The position numbers were made by a program, and so were the translations under genes. A stretch of 64,000 bases of DNA, taken from Candidatus Bathyarchaeota archaeon. Its GTDB lineage: Archaea > Thermoproteota > Bathyarchaeia > Bathyarchaeales > Bathycorpusculaceae. Where the stretch lies: contig CAWDYC010000008.1 in NCBI GenBank assembly GCA_963806535.1, forward strand, positions 128,001 through 192,000, read 5' to 3'. The notes under the pieces were generated by a model that saw nothing but the letters and a program-made list of their open reading frames with translations, made no database searches and had not been told where the DNA came from. Shown here piece by piece: positions 19,498 to 30,197 of the stretch; positions within the stretch are counted from its first letter, which is position 1, and each line of letters starts with the position of its first letter.

Positions 19498-20810
19498 CGC
19501 CGTTCTCTTCTCCGATTCCTATCTCTACGCGGTCCACCGCCACCTCTAAAAGGTGGTCGCCCTCCGCCTTCCCGAGGCCTGAATGGCCGATCTCCACCTT
19601 CCCTGCGTTCCCCAAATTGCCCTCGTCCTTCCGGTCGTGGTTTAGCTTCTTTTGGTGGCGGCGGCTCCTTGTATTTTTCGCGAATTTCTTCTAACCGCTT
19701 GTTAATGTCTGCTTTCAATCGGTCTCCGATGTAGTGGCCTCCGAAAGCATCGGCTCTAGCTGCAATGGCAAGTTTTCCAGCGATTACTCTTGCAATTTTT
19801 CCTCTTTGCCATCTTTTTGCATCATGCAGAAGTGTGTGCTGGAAGATTAAGCCATGTTTTGGTGGTCTCGCACCTGTTTTTAATGAGCGGAAAAGAGCTT
19901 TTTCTGCACCCAAGACTTGTATTGTGCTTGCGGGTCTCATTGCTAACGTTTGTAAGCTGCCCGCGATGGCGATTAATCTTGCACCTAGAAGCGCACCCGC
20001 AACTGCTCGTACGTTGGGCGCCATCTCCTCCATAGTTCGGTCAACATAGTTATCCATGTTCTTGCGAAGTTCATAGAACGATAGCACGTTTCTGGCTAAT
20101 TCTTGTATCTGCAGTAAATCTCGTTCTGCTATGTCTGCGCCCATGGATGATTCAGCTGCTTTCGCAACCAATTGGGCTCGCTCTTTGGGAATGTTTTCCT
20201 TCTCTAAGCCCTCAATAGTGTAGTTTTCCCTATCTCCTAAACTCATGGCGAGTCTTGAGTAAGTTTCATGTTTCTCGATTAAACGGTCAAGCTCGGGGAA
20301 ATATACGCCATACCATTCTCTAAGTCTGCCCATGAATAAGTTGACTGTTCTGTCCAAATCATCTAGGGTTTGTATGCCTTGAGCTATGATTAGGTCTCTT
20401 TTTTCTGAAGCACCTTTAATTCGCAGTTTGGCAAGCTCCATGCTTACGTTGCGGTTCCACAGGCTAAGCTCCTTGTCATCGTTAACAAAGCCTGATTCAA
20501 CAGCGGCTTCATTCATGCGGGAACGGAGAACTTCTGCTTCAGCGGGTTTTGCAACTTCCACCGTAACATTCATTTTTCGCTGAATTGCTTCTGCTAAATT
20601 TGCTTTTTCAAAAACAAATGTGTCATATCCTGAGTTTTTAAGGATTGAAATTAATGAGAAAACTTCATCAGACATTTGTCCAGCTTCAGCTTTAAGTAAG
20701 CTTCTCGCTGCAGCCTGAGGTTTTTTTGGAAACAAAACCTTCTCTACTAAACTATTTTTGTCGTCGAAAGCTGCAATACCAAAGGGAAATTGAATTAGGA
20801 ATGCTTTCAT
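19494..20810 (-). CDS. nop5: C/D box sRNP core protein Nop5 (Nop56/58)
   Basis: REWYGVYFPEL, PASTIQVLGAEKALF, PKHGLIFQH; likely start MKAFL at 20810; overlaps flpA by 4 nt. Confidence 0.96.
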   Translation of the reverse strand: MKAFLIQFPFGIAAFDDKNSLVEKVLFPKKPQAAARSLLKAEAGQMSDEVFSLISILKNSGYDTFVFEKANLAEAIQRKMNVTVEVAKPAEAEVLRSRMNEAAVESGFVNDDKELSLWNRNVSMELAKLRIKGASEKRDLIIAQGIQTLDDLDRTVNLFMGRLREWYGVYFPELDRLIEKHETYSRLAMSLGDRENYTIEGLEKENIPKERAQLVAKAAESSMGADIAERDLLQIQELARNVLSFYELRKNMDNYVDRTMEEMAPNVRAVAGALLGARLIAIAGSLQTLAMRPASTIQVLGAEKALFRSLKTGARPPKHGLIFQHTLLHDAKRWQRGKIARVIAGKLAIAARADAFGGHYIGDRLKADINKRLEEIREKYKEPPPPKEAKPRPEGRGQFGERREGGDRPFRPREGGGRPPFRGGGGPRRDRNRRRERR

Positions 20811-21053
20811 ATTTTTGAGCCCCAATAAACTATGTATTGTCACTACTCTAACTTAATAAACCGTTATGTTGCCTTAAATTGAAAGAAACGTATTTTTCTT
20901 TGTTATTGAGGGCTCTTACTTTGTTTGTTTAAAAAAACCCATAGTGTTCAAACAACCAACTGAACAAAAAATTGTTTATGGTCTAAAAAAGAATCTAACG
21001 AGCGCAATAGGCTTAAGACCCGCTCCCTATAGCGGTTATTGATGGGTGTTTGT

Positions 21054-21200
21054 GCAAATTTTTTCTTTGTGTTTTAGATTGCTTTTTTGATTTAGGGCTT
21101 GCGATGTTTGCAGGTCACGTACAGAAAAGTGTGGAAACATACAGAAACGTATGGGAAAGTATGGAAAAGGTTAAAAACGTACAAAAAAGTATTAAAAAGT
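21054..21200 (+). repeat. dispersed leader + decamer-array element, copy A
   Basis: 67-bp leader 21054-21120 aligns ungapped with 43115-43181 (55/67 by hand); about 8 units of ~GTAYRGAAAA from 21119. Confidence 0.85.
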
Positions 21201-21544
21201 CCGCAGGAAAAAAATCGAATCTTCAGTCGTGATGGGAAAATGCTTTTATTAATGAAAACACAAAAACTATCGAGTTAAAGAAATAGATTAACTTAGACGC
21301 AGACAAAAAAATTCGGAAGAGAGAGGGGGAATCATTCACCTGCGTCTAAGTTATCCATTTTATTGCGCTTTTGGGCTCGTCCTTCTGCGCGTTATTATAA
21401 CAATGCTTCTTGGATGATAAATAATGATGTGATTGTACAATTACAGTAACAAGTTTAACAAGTTTAAAACAGCATTTGCGCTTGATTGCCCGCGTAAGAT
21501 ATTTAACTTCGGATTCTTTATGGGAAATATGAGGAATTAGAGTA

Positions 21545-23014
21545 CTATTTTTTTCCAAGAGGAAATTCAAGGGTGAACCTTGTTCCTTTTCCAACTTGGC
21601 TTTCAACACTTACCTTACCATTTAAGGCCTCAGTCAACTTTTTGACAACTGCCAAACCGAAACCTTGTCCTTTAGCTTTAGTTGTAAATAGAGGCTTGAA
21701 GAGTTTATCTTTTGATTCCTCTGGTATACCTACACCGGTATCTTGGACAGTTATCACCAACGTATGGTCGTTGTTTTCAGCTTCAAGGGTTAGTTTTCCA
21801 CCTTCTGGCATGGCTTGAACTGCATTTGAAGATAGATTTATTAGAATTCTCTTCATAGCGGCAGGATCGGTCAATAATTTATTAAGGCAAGGCTCTACAG
21901 AATAAAAGACATTTATGTTTTCAGGAATTTTCAAGTTTGAAAAAACATCATCAACAATTTTTGTAAAATCAGTTTCTTCAATTGAAGCAGCTATGGGTTT
22001 AGCATAGTCTTGAAGATCGGTGACAATCTTGTTTATATAAAATGTATTATCTTCAATTGATTGTACGCTTTCCTGCAGGTACTTTTTAGATTGGCTATCA
22101 GGCAAATCCTCTATTTCTTTTTTTGATAAGAACAGCTCGCCGATGATAGCTTGCAAGGGATTGCGGATGTCATGACCAACCATCCCCGCTGTAGCGCCAA
22201 TTGCAGCTAGACGTTCATTATCTTGAAGCTGTTTTTCTAAACTCATACGCTTACTAATATCATTAAATAATATGCCCACTTTCCAGGGTTTTCCTTCACC
22301 GACTGGGAATGCAAAAACATCGTAATAACGGTTCAATGCTCTTGCTTCATTAGTGAAACGAACGGGCTCTCCTGTCATGGCGACCTTACCGTAGATCTGA
22401 AACCAATGCTCTTCATGATTTGGAACAAGACTGCGCATTAATTTTCCCGCTGCGTCATGTAATCCCGTCTGTTTCTCAAATGAAGCGTTAATTTCCAGAA
22501 ACCGATAGTCCAGAGGCTTTGCATCTGCATCAAAAATCAACTCGACAATGCAGAAGCCCTCGTCAATCGAATCAAACAATGTTCGGTATCTTGCCTCACT
22601 TACCTTCAGCGAAAGCGTACGTTTTTCAACGGTTTCCTCTAATTTCTTACGTTCAATGGCATAACGTATCGCTCGAAATAGTAAAGTAGCGTCAAACTTT
22701 CCTTTGATAAGATAGTCTTGCGCACCTCTTCGGACTGCTTCTAAAGCTACTGAGTCATCGTTGAAACCAGTTAAGACAAGAATAGGTAATTGTTTCGCGG
22801 ATGCATGTATCTTTTCAAAAGTATTTAGACCCTGACTATCAGGCAGTCCAAGATCAAGCAAAATGGCATCTATGCCATTTGCTGCCAAACGATCTAATCC
22901 TTTTGAAAGCCGGTCGACGCGCTCTATTTTGCGTATACCCGTTTGTTCAGTTAGCATCTCTTCAATAAGCCGAGCGTCACCAGCGTTGTCTTCAATCAGC
23001 AAGATTCTAATTTT
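21545..23014 (-). CDS. hybrid sensor kinase REC-PAS-HisKA-HATPase
   Basis: KIRILLIEDN...LLDLGLPD receiver, PAS, H-box GHDIRNPL, N/G boxes; true start unclear (see findings). Confidence 0.92.
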   Translation of the reverse strand, partial: KIRILLIEDNAGDARLIEEMLTEQTGIRKIERVDRLSKGLDRLAANGIDAILLDLGLPDSQGLNTFEKIHASAKQLPILVLTGFNDDSVALEAVRRGAQDYLIKGKFDATLLFRAIRYAIERKKLEETVEKRTLSLKVSEARYRTLFDSIDEGFCIVELIFDADAKPLDYRFLEINASFEKQTGLHDAAGKLMRSLVPNHEEHWFQIYGKVAMTGEPVRFTNEARALNRYYDVFAFPVGEGKPWKVGILFNDISKRMSLEKQLQDNERLAAIGATAGMVGHDIRNPLQAIIGELFLSKKEIEDLPDSQSKKYLQESVQSIEDNTFYINKIVTDLQDYAKPIAASIEETDFTKIVDDVFSNLKIPENINVFYSVEPCLNKLLTDPAAMKRILINLSSNAVQAMPEGGKLTLEAENNDHTLVITVQDTGVGIPEESKDKLFKPLFTTKAKGQGFGLAVVKKLTEALNGKVSVESQVGKGTRFTLEFPLGKK

Positions 23015-23464
23015 CTATTGCTCCTTTGGAGGCAGTTTTACTATAGTGAACCAGAATTCTTCAAGTGCATGAATTATTTCAACGAATCGGTTTAAGTCAA
23101 CAGGTTTGGTGATGTAGGCGTTTGCATGCAGATTGTATGTTTTGATTATGTCTTCATCTGCTTTTGATGTTGTTAGGATAATCACGGGAATATGCTTAAG
23201 CTTGGGGTCTTTCTTGACTTCAGCTAATACTTCTCGACCATCTTTTCTAGGCAAATTCAAATCCAATAGTATCATATCGGGAATCGGGGCATCTACAAAT
23301 TGTCCTTGCCTATGCAAGAAGTCCATTGCTTCGACGCCATCTTTAGCGACGTAAATTTCGTTTAGTACTTTTGCATCTTTTAGGGCTTCTTTGGTTAACC
23401 GAACGTCTCCAGGATTGTCTTCCACTAGTAAAATATCCACCGCTTCTGCATTAACTTTCTTCAT
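23015..23464 (-). CDS. single-domain response regulator (Rcp1-like)
   Basis: LLVEDNPGD, LLDLNLP, ILTTS, YITKP, FW tail. Confidence 0.95.
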   Translation of the reverse strand: MKKVNAEAVDILLVEDNPGDVRLTKEALKDAKVLNEIYVAKDGVEAMDFLHRQGQFVDAPIPDMILLDLNLPRKDGREVLAEVKKDPKLKHIPVIILTTSKADEDIIKTYNLHANAYITKPVDLNRFVEIIHALEEFWFTIVKLPPKEQ

Positions 23465-23469
23465 TTCTT

Positions 23470-25347
23470 TTAATCACTCCTTTTTTGTTTGTTTAATGTG
23501 AAATAGATAGTTGAACCTTTTCCCACTTGTGACTTGATCCAGATTCGTCCGCCATGGCGTTCTACGATCCTTTTACAAACGGCAAGACCTATTCCGGAAC
23601 CAGGATATTCTTCTCTGGTATGAAGACGCTGGAAAATCTTGAAAAGCCTATCGAAATATTCTGGGGCAATACCTATGCCGTTATCACGCACTGAAAAAAC
23701 GTATTCATTTCCTCTATCTTGAGCTGACACGTGAACTCGTGAGGGCTCTTTTCCATGGAACTTTATTGCGTTGCCGATCAAATTTTGAAGCAGTTGAACA
23801 AGTTGCCCTCCATCAGCGTTAACTACTGGAAGCTTATCATGCGTCACCACTGCGTTGTTTTCCGTAATTGACGCCTTCAGATTCAGAAGCACTACTTCAA
23901 GGGTTGACTCAAGGTTCGTTGGTTCAAATGGCTTGCCAAGTCTGCTAACTCGAGAATAAGTCAAAAGGTCATCGATTAAGCCTCGCATACGGTTGGCTCC
24001 ATCAACAGCGTAGCCAATGAACTCGTCAGCGTCCTTGTCTAATTTTCCTTTGTATCTCCGCTCCAATAGCTGGACGTAACTTGCTACCATGCGCAGTGGC
24101 TCTTGAAGGTCATGCGATGCTACATAGGCAAATTGTTCCAATTCAGAATTTGACTGTTTGAGTTTTTCCATGGTTAGTTTTATTTCATTCTCCATTGCGT
24201 TGCGTTCGGTAACATCTCTTGCAGCTGCAAAAACACCTTGTATGTCGCCTTGTGGGTTTCTATAAATTGATGCGTTGTACAATACGTCGGTAATTTTGCC
24301 CGACTTATGACGAATTGCCAAGGGATAATCTTTGACAAAGCCTTCGGTGAAAACTTTCTGGTATCCTGCTCTTGCATCTCTGGGTTCAGTGAAATAATCG
24401 GAAAAATCGCTATCGACAAGTTCTTCTCGAGTGCATCCGGTAACGTCTTCAGTTGCCTTGTTAACATCGGTAATCTTTCCTTCCTTGCTAATAGTAACCA
24501 GCGGGTCTAAGCTTGCCTCGATTAAGCTTCTTGAATAAAGTGAGGCAGCAAACAATTTTTGTTCAGCTATTTTCCGTTCGGTTACATCACGCGCAGCTGC
24601 GAAAACTCCCTGAATTGTACCATCTTCATTTCTGTAAACTGTGGCATTGTATAATACATCAGTGATTTTGCCAGATTGGTGACGTATAGCAAGCGGGTAA
24701 TCTGTAACGTATCCCTCTGTAAACACTTTTTTGTAACCGATCCGAGCTTTTTCTGGTTCCGTAAAGTAATCTGAAAAATCGCTTCCGATCAATTGATCGC
24801 GTGTGTAGCCAGTGACTTCCTCAGTTGATTTGTTGACGTCCGTGATTTTACCTTCTGCGCTAATAGTAACTAAAGGATCAAGGCTTGCTTCGATTAAGCT
24901 ACGAGAATATAAAGAGACGCTTTTCAGCTTCTCTTCTGCTTGCCTACGCTCAGTGATGTCCCGAGCTGCAGCAAAGACACCTTGAATTTCTCCAGCCGCG
25001 TTCTTGTAAACGCTTGCATTGTACAATACATAGGTTACTTTGCCTGATTTATGACGAATAGCCAGAGGATAATCTCTTACATAGCCTTCCGTGAACACTT
25101 TTCTGTATCCAGCTCGAGCCTCCTGAGGTTTGGTGAAGTAGTCGGAAAAATCGCTTCCAATCAATAAGTCCCTTGAACATCCAGTGACTAGTTCTGTGGC
25201 TTTGTTGACGTCGGTTATTTTTCCTTCGGCACTGATTGTCACAAGAGGATCAAGGCTTGCTTCAATAAGACTTCGTGCATATAACGATGCAGAACGAGTC
25301 TCATCAGCCGTTTTTCCCTTAACCGGTAGCTTTTCGTTTTTCACCAA
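23470..25347 (-). CDS. sensor histidine kinase with three tandem PAS/PAC domains
   Basis: Three ~124-aa repeats starting SLIEASLDPLVTIS; H-box SHDLQEPLR; DNGIG, GSGIGLA. Confidence 0.95.
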   Translation of the reverse strand: MVKNEKLPVKGKTADETRSASLYARSLIEASLDPLVTISAEGKITDVNKATELVTGCSRDLLIGSDFSDYFTKPQEARAGYRKVFTEGYVRDYPLAIRHKSGKVTYVLYNASVYKNAAGEIQGVFAAARDITERRQAEEKLKSVSLYSRSLIEASLDPLVTISAEGKITDVNKSTEEVTGYTRDQLIGSDFSDYFTEPEKARIGYKKVFTEGYVTDYPLAIRHQSGKITDVLYNATVYRNEDGTIQGVFAAARDVTERKIAEQKLFAASLYSRSLIEASLDPLVTISKEGKITDVNKATEDVTGCTREELVDSDFSDYFTEPRDARAGYQKVFTEGFVKDYPLAIRHKSGKITDVLYNASIYRNPQGDIQGVFAAARDVTERNAMENEIKLTMEKLKQSNSELEQFAYVASHDLQEPLRMVASYVQLLERRYKGKLDKDADEFIGYAVDGANRMRGLIDDLLTYSRVSRLGKPFEPTNLESTLEVVLLNLKASITENNAVVTHDKLPVVNADGGQLVQLLQNLIGNAIKFHGKEPSRVHVSAQDRGNEYVFSVRDNGIGIAPEYFDRLFKIFQRLHTREEYPGSGIGLAVCKRIVERHGGRIWIKSQVGKGSTIYFTLNKQKRSD

Positions 25348-25597
25348 ATATAGGTTGCCTTCGTAATAATTTTCAATTAATTAGAGACTATTACAAAATA
25401 TTTGATGATAAAAGCTTTTTCATTTGGTGTAACAAAATTGGACGTACATTATAAAATCATAAGTTATCGCTCAAGTACAATACCTGTCGTGGGGGGTTCG
25501 ACATTTTTGGGGGCATAGTGAAGCATTAGTTAAGTTTAAAATCTTCTCTAAAGATATAGGTAGAGCACCAATCTGAGATCGTAGGGGAAAAGGGTTT

Positions 25598-27814
25598 ATG
25601 GTAAATCAGCCACCGCAACGCGCACGCGGCGTAAAAGTACTCAAAGCCGTCTCGTCACCTCTCAGACTGCAAATCTTAAACTTACTTTTCGACAAAAGCG
25701 CTCTCTCGTACACTGAATTAATGAACCAGTTGAAAATGAATCCCAGCCGAGATGCAGGTAGATTCGCTTATCACCTAAAATTTATGTTAAAAGCTGATTT
25801 GGTTGAGGCAGATGTTGAAGCAAAAAAATATTATCTGACTGACCTTGGCAAAATGGTTCTTGATGTTGCTGATCGTGTGGAAAAGAAAGCGTTTAAGCCG
25901 AAAGGAATGATTGTCCGCACATCCCATTTAACACTTGAAGAGTTTGACGCAAACAAAATAGCTAATTCTCTAATAAAAGAAGCAAAAGTGCCGGCTGAAC
26001 TTGCTCAAAAAGCAGCTAAAGAAACTGAAAAACGTTTAATCAAATCAAAAACAAAGTATTTGACTGCCGCTTTAATCAGGGAAGTCGTGAATGGTATTTT
26101 AATTGAGAAGGGCTATGAAGAATACCGCCATAAACTCACTAGAGTCGGCATGCCCGTGCATGAGGTAACAGTTTCAATTGAATCAAAAGACCAAACCACT
26201 GATTCAACTGCTTTACTTATTAGGGCAGGTCAAGCAGTTCTTAGCGAGTACACTTTACTCAACATTTTTCCAAGAGATATTGCTGACGCTCACCTTTCAG
26301 GTGCCATCCACATTGACAATTTAGGCACATGGATACTGAAACCAAACGAAGTCAGCCATGACATGCGTTTCTTCTTCCAAAACGGGGTCAAACTCGACAA
26401 TCCACTTCAAACATCAATGGAGCCACCGAGAGATTTTGAATCTGCTTTGTCAATTGCATTCAATATGCTTTTGCATGCAAGCAAAGAAACAAATCGGGTC
26501 CAGATATGTAATTACTTCAACATTTTTCTTGCACCCTTTGCTAAAGGTGCTGAAACGACAAGAATAAAGGAAAATTTACGTTTGTTTATTTTAAACGTAA
26601 ACCAACAAACCGAATCTACATTAGTTCTTGAACTTTCAATTCCAAAATCAACCGCTGAAAAAGAAGCAATGGGCCCACTTGGAAAAATCGCAGGAAAATA
26701 TGGCGATTATGCTCAAGAAAGCCAATTGCTGGCCTCAATTATTATTGATATATTCTTGGAAGAAAACGCCAAAAAACCCCTACTTAATCCTAAACTCATA
26801 ATTAGGATTAACCAGGACAGTTTAGCCGATGAAAACGCCAAGGAAATTCTATTTAAGGCACACCGATTATCTGCAGAGAGAGGAACACCCTATTTTGCCA
26901 ACATAACAAAAAAAGAAACCGAAAACACTGTTTTCTCACCTTCAGGAGCTAAACTTTCAGCGGACCTGACAGGAGATTGGGAAACCGACACACTTCGGAC
27001 AGGCTGTCTTGGTTGCGTAACAATAAATTTGCCCAGAATTGTTCAAGAAAGTGAGAAGGACAAAAACAAATTTTTCGAGCTTGTAAGGGAACGTTTTGAA
27101 GTTGCCGCTCGAACCATAGGAATCAAGAACAATGCATTAAAGCAATTTGGAAAAAACTCCTTGCCGTTCCTGCTAAAAAGCTCCAGTGGAGACACTTATT
27201 TCAGGCTTGAAAACTGCTCCAGAATTATCAACTTGGCTGGATTTAGAGAGGCAGTAGAAGCTTTTACCGAAAAAAACATTAACTCTGATGAGAGCCGCAA
27301 GTTTGCCGAAGAAATCATTCAGAATCTTCTGGCCTTCAAACAGAAAATCGGCAGAAAACATGGAAAGAGACTGTACCCCGTCATTCTTAGCAATCCTGAA
27401 GCGTCTGAGAGGCTCGCCCAATTAGACATTGAGAAGTATGGAGTCGCCAAGACAAAGTTTTCGGGAACCAGAGAAAAACCATATTACTCAACCGCTAGAC
27501 GATTCCAAGTGAAGGCTGCTGAAATTCTAACCATAGCACCCGAAATACTAGAAATGGCGCAAAAAATGAAGGGGCTAAGTGTCGGTGGAACCCTGGATAT
27601 TATAGAGTTAGATGGTGCTGAAGTAAAACCTGAAGCATTAATGGATTTAACAAAACGCATTATTGAAAACCAATCTTTGGAGTTTTTCACTTACAACCGC
27701 ATCATCAGTTACTGTGATAACTGCAAGAAAAGCTGGTTTGGAACAGTTCACAAATGTCCATCCTGCGGCTCAATGAGCGCATTGACGACGTTCGATCGCT
27801 TCACTTCTATATGA
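25598..27814 (+). CDS. ArsR-like wHTH + ATP-cone + NrdD-like (class III RNR) fusion, apparently catalytically inactive
   Basis: wHTH in aa ~10-95, ATP cone (IVRTS...EEFDANKIANSL), ADAHLSGAIHI, VTINLPRI, CDNC/CPSC Zn ribbon; no RxxGY glycyl loop. Confidence 0.85.
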   Translation: MVNQPPQRARGVKVLKAVSSPLRLQILNLLFDKSALSYTELMNQLKMNPSRDAGRFAYHLKFMLKADLVEADVEAKKYYLTDLGKMVLDVADRVEKKAFKPKGMIVRTSHLTLEEFDANKIANSLIKEAKVPAELAQKAAKETEKRLIKSKTKYLTAALIREVVNGILIEKGYEEYRHKLTRVGMPVHEVTVSIESKDQTTDSTALLIRAGQAVLSEYTLLNIFPRDIADAHLSGAIHIDNLGTWILKPNEVSHDMRFFFQNGVKLDNPLQTSMEPPRDFESALSIAFNMLLHASKETNRVQICNYFNIFLAPFAKGAETTRIKENLRLFILNVNQQTESTLVLELSIPKSTAEKEAMGPLGKIAGKYGDYAQESQLLASIIIDIFLEENAKKPLLNPKLIIRINQDSLADENAKEILFKAHRLSAERGTPYFANITKKETENTVFSPSGAKLSADLTGDWETDTLRTGCLGCVTINLPRIVQESEKDKNKFFELVRERFEVAARTIGIKNNALKQFGKNSLPFLLKSSSGDTYFRLENCSRIINLAGFREAVEAFTEKNINSDESRKFAEEIIQNLLAFKQKIGRKHGKRLYPVILSNPEASERLAQLDIEKYGVAKTKFSGTREKPYYSTARRFQVKAAEILTIAPEILEMAQKMKGLSVGGTLDIIELDGAEVKPEALMDLTKRIIENQSLEFFTYNRIISYCDNCKKSWFGTVHKCPSCGSMSALTTFDRFTSI

Positions 27815-27817
27815 AAG

Positions 27818-28771
<954 letters not shown>

Positions 28772-28922
28772 CTAAATAACACTTTGTATAGAACCAATAG
28801 TTTTTTTTCCGCCAAGTTAGTGCTTATATGCTTTTGTGGTTGTTCGGCGACTGCTACACAGTTTTAATAGCAACCGTTCGCCCATAGTATTTCCAATTAG
28901 AAATTTTAAAAGGTGTTTTAAA

Positions 28923-29120
28923 ATGGAAGCAATAATGGAAAAAATTTCTAAACGACAAAAAACAAAAGAATCTTTCAATTATAACGGATATATGCCCAGA
29001 ATATACGAAGTCAGATCTCCATGCCAATGGCTTGAAAATTGCCACGACGGCAAATGCCCAGCTTTCACCAAACTTAATGGTAACTTTTATTGCGCACGCG
29101 CAAACCAAATCCACCTCTAA
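28923..29120 (+). CDS. small Cys-rich hypothetical protein
   Basis: ATG at 28923, 65 aa with four Cys (CQWLENC...CPAF...FYC). Confidence 0.45.
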   Translation: MEAIMEKISKRQKTKESFNYNGYMPRIYEVRSPCQWLENCHDGKCPAFTKLNGNFYCARANQIHL

Positions 29121-29184
29121 ATTTTTCTATTTTTAATTGAAAAAGTTTATCATTAACTTTCTAAGAGTATTCATTAAAATCGCA

Positions 29185-30096
29185 TTAACTTTTCAAAGCA
29201 GCTATCGCTTCTTTAATGATAGCAACTGATTTTCCAAAACGCTCCTTCGTTTCATTTGACAGATCTAACTCAATTATTTTTTCAACTCCCTGTTTTCCAA
29301 CAACTACAGGTACACCGATAGAAACGTCTGAAAAACCGTATTCACCACTAAGACAAGTTGATACGCTCATAACCCGGTTTCTTCCCGTCAGAATAGCGTC
29401 CGCCATAATCGCAATAACGGTTCCGGGAGCGTACTCTGTTGAACCTTTAAGTTTTATCACGTCTGCCCCCGAAGATACCGTTAAATGTATTATTTTTTCA
29501 ATCTGCTCTTTATTTAGCAATTTTGTTACTGGAATACCCGAGACAGAAGCGTATTCAACAAGTGGAACCATGGAGTCGCCATGTTCACCAATCACTAAAG
29601 CACGTGTGTCCTCTCTCGAAACATTAAGTTCATTTGCAATGTACGTTCTAAAACGCATTGTATCCAAAATATTTCCCATGCCAAACAAGCAACATCTAGG
29701 AAAACCTGATTCTTGCGAAGCAACATAAGTCATGATATCAACCGGGTTGGTAACAATCATAAGCTTGCACTTAGGTGCATATTTAACAACTTCCTTAACG
29801 ATTGACCGCATGATTTGGGCATTGGTATTCAATAAATCGAAGCGTGTCATATCAGGTCTTCTGCCAAGCCCAGCCGTTACAATAACAAGTTCTGAGCCTT
29901 CCATTTGGCTGAAATCACTAGTCCCTTGGATTGTTCCATCAAACTCGATGGCGGGCGCTGCCTGCATCATATCAAGGGCTTCCCCTTTTGCCTGGTTTTC
30001 GTTGGCGTCAATTAGAACTACATCGCTTATTTTATAACGAAGAATATCGAAGGCAGCGGCACTTCCGACTTTGCCCGCTCCAATTACTGTTATCAT
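29185..30096 (-). CDS. mdh: malate dehydrogenase (LDH-like)
   Basis: GAGKVG, RRPDMTRFDL, TNPVD, GEHGDSM. Confidence 0.93.
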   Translation of the reverse strand: MITVIGAGKVGSAAAFDILRYKISDVVLIDANENQAKGEALDMMQAAPAIEFDGTIQGTSDFSQMEGSELVIVTAGLGRRPDMTRFDLLNTNAQIMRSIVKEVVKYAPKCKLMIVTNPVDIMTYVASQESGFPRCCLFGMGNILDTMRFRTYIANELNVSREDTRALVIGEHGDSMVPLVEYASVSGIPVTKLLNKEQIEKIIHLTVSSGADVIKLKGSTEYAPGTVIAIMADAILTGRNRVMSVSTCLSGEYGFSDVSIGVPVVVGKQGVEKIIELDLSNETKERFGKSVAIIKEAIAALKS

Positions 30097-30197
30097 ACAA
30101 TAAAATTAAGATTATATCCTTAGATATAATCTGCTCGCTAGGGACTACTAAACTAAAAAAAGATTTGTTAGAGTTCTGATTGCAAGAAAAATCTTAT

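Noticed and set aside
21050-21232. 60-aa ORF over copy A (and the 87-aa ORF 42832-43095 over copy B)
   Set aside because: The array period is not a codon multiple and reading frames are not shared between copies; treated as non-coding
25485-25503. TGTCG-TGGGGGGTT-CGACA as an ORB / replication-origin element
   Set aside because: Single copy, lacks the GTTCCAGTGGAAAC-like core, and there is no cdc6/orc1 nearby; at most an operator
25598-27814. Calling this gene nrdD
   Set aside because: The glycyl-radical motif and finger-loop Cys are absent, so the symbol is withheld
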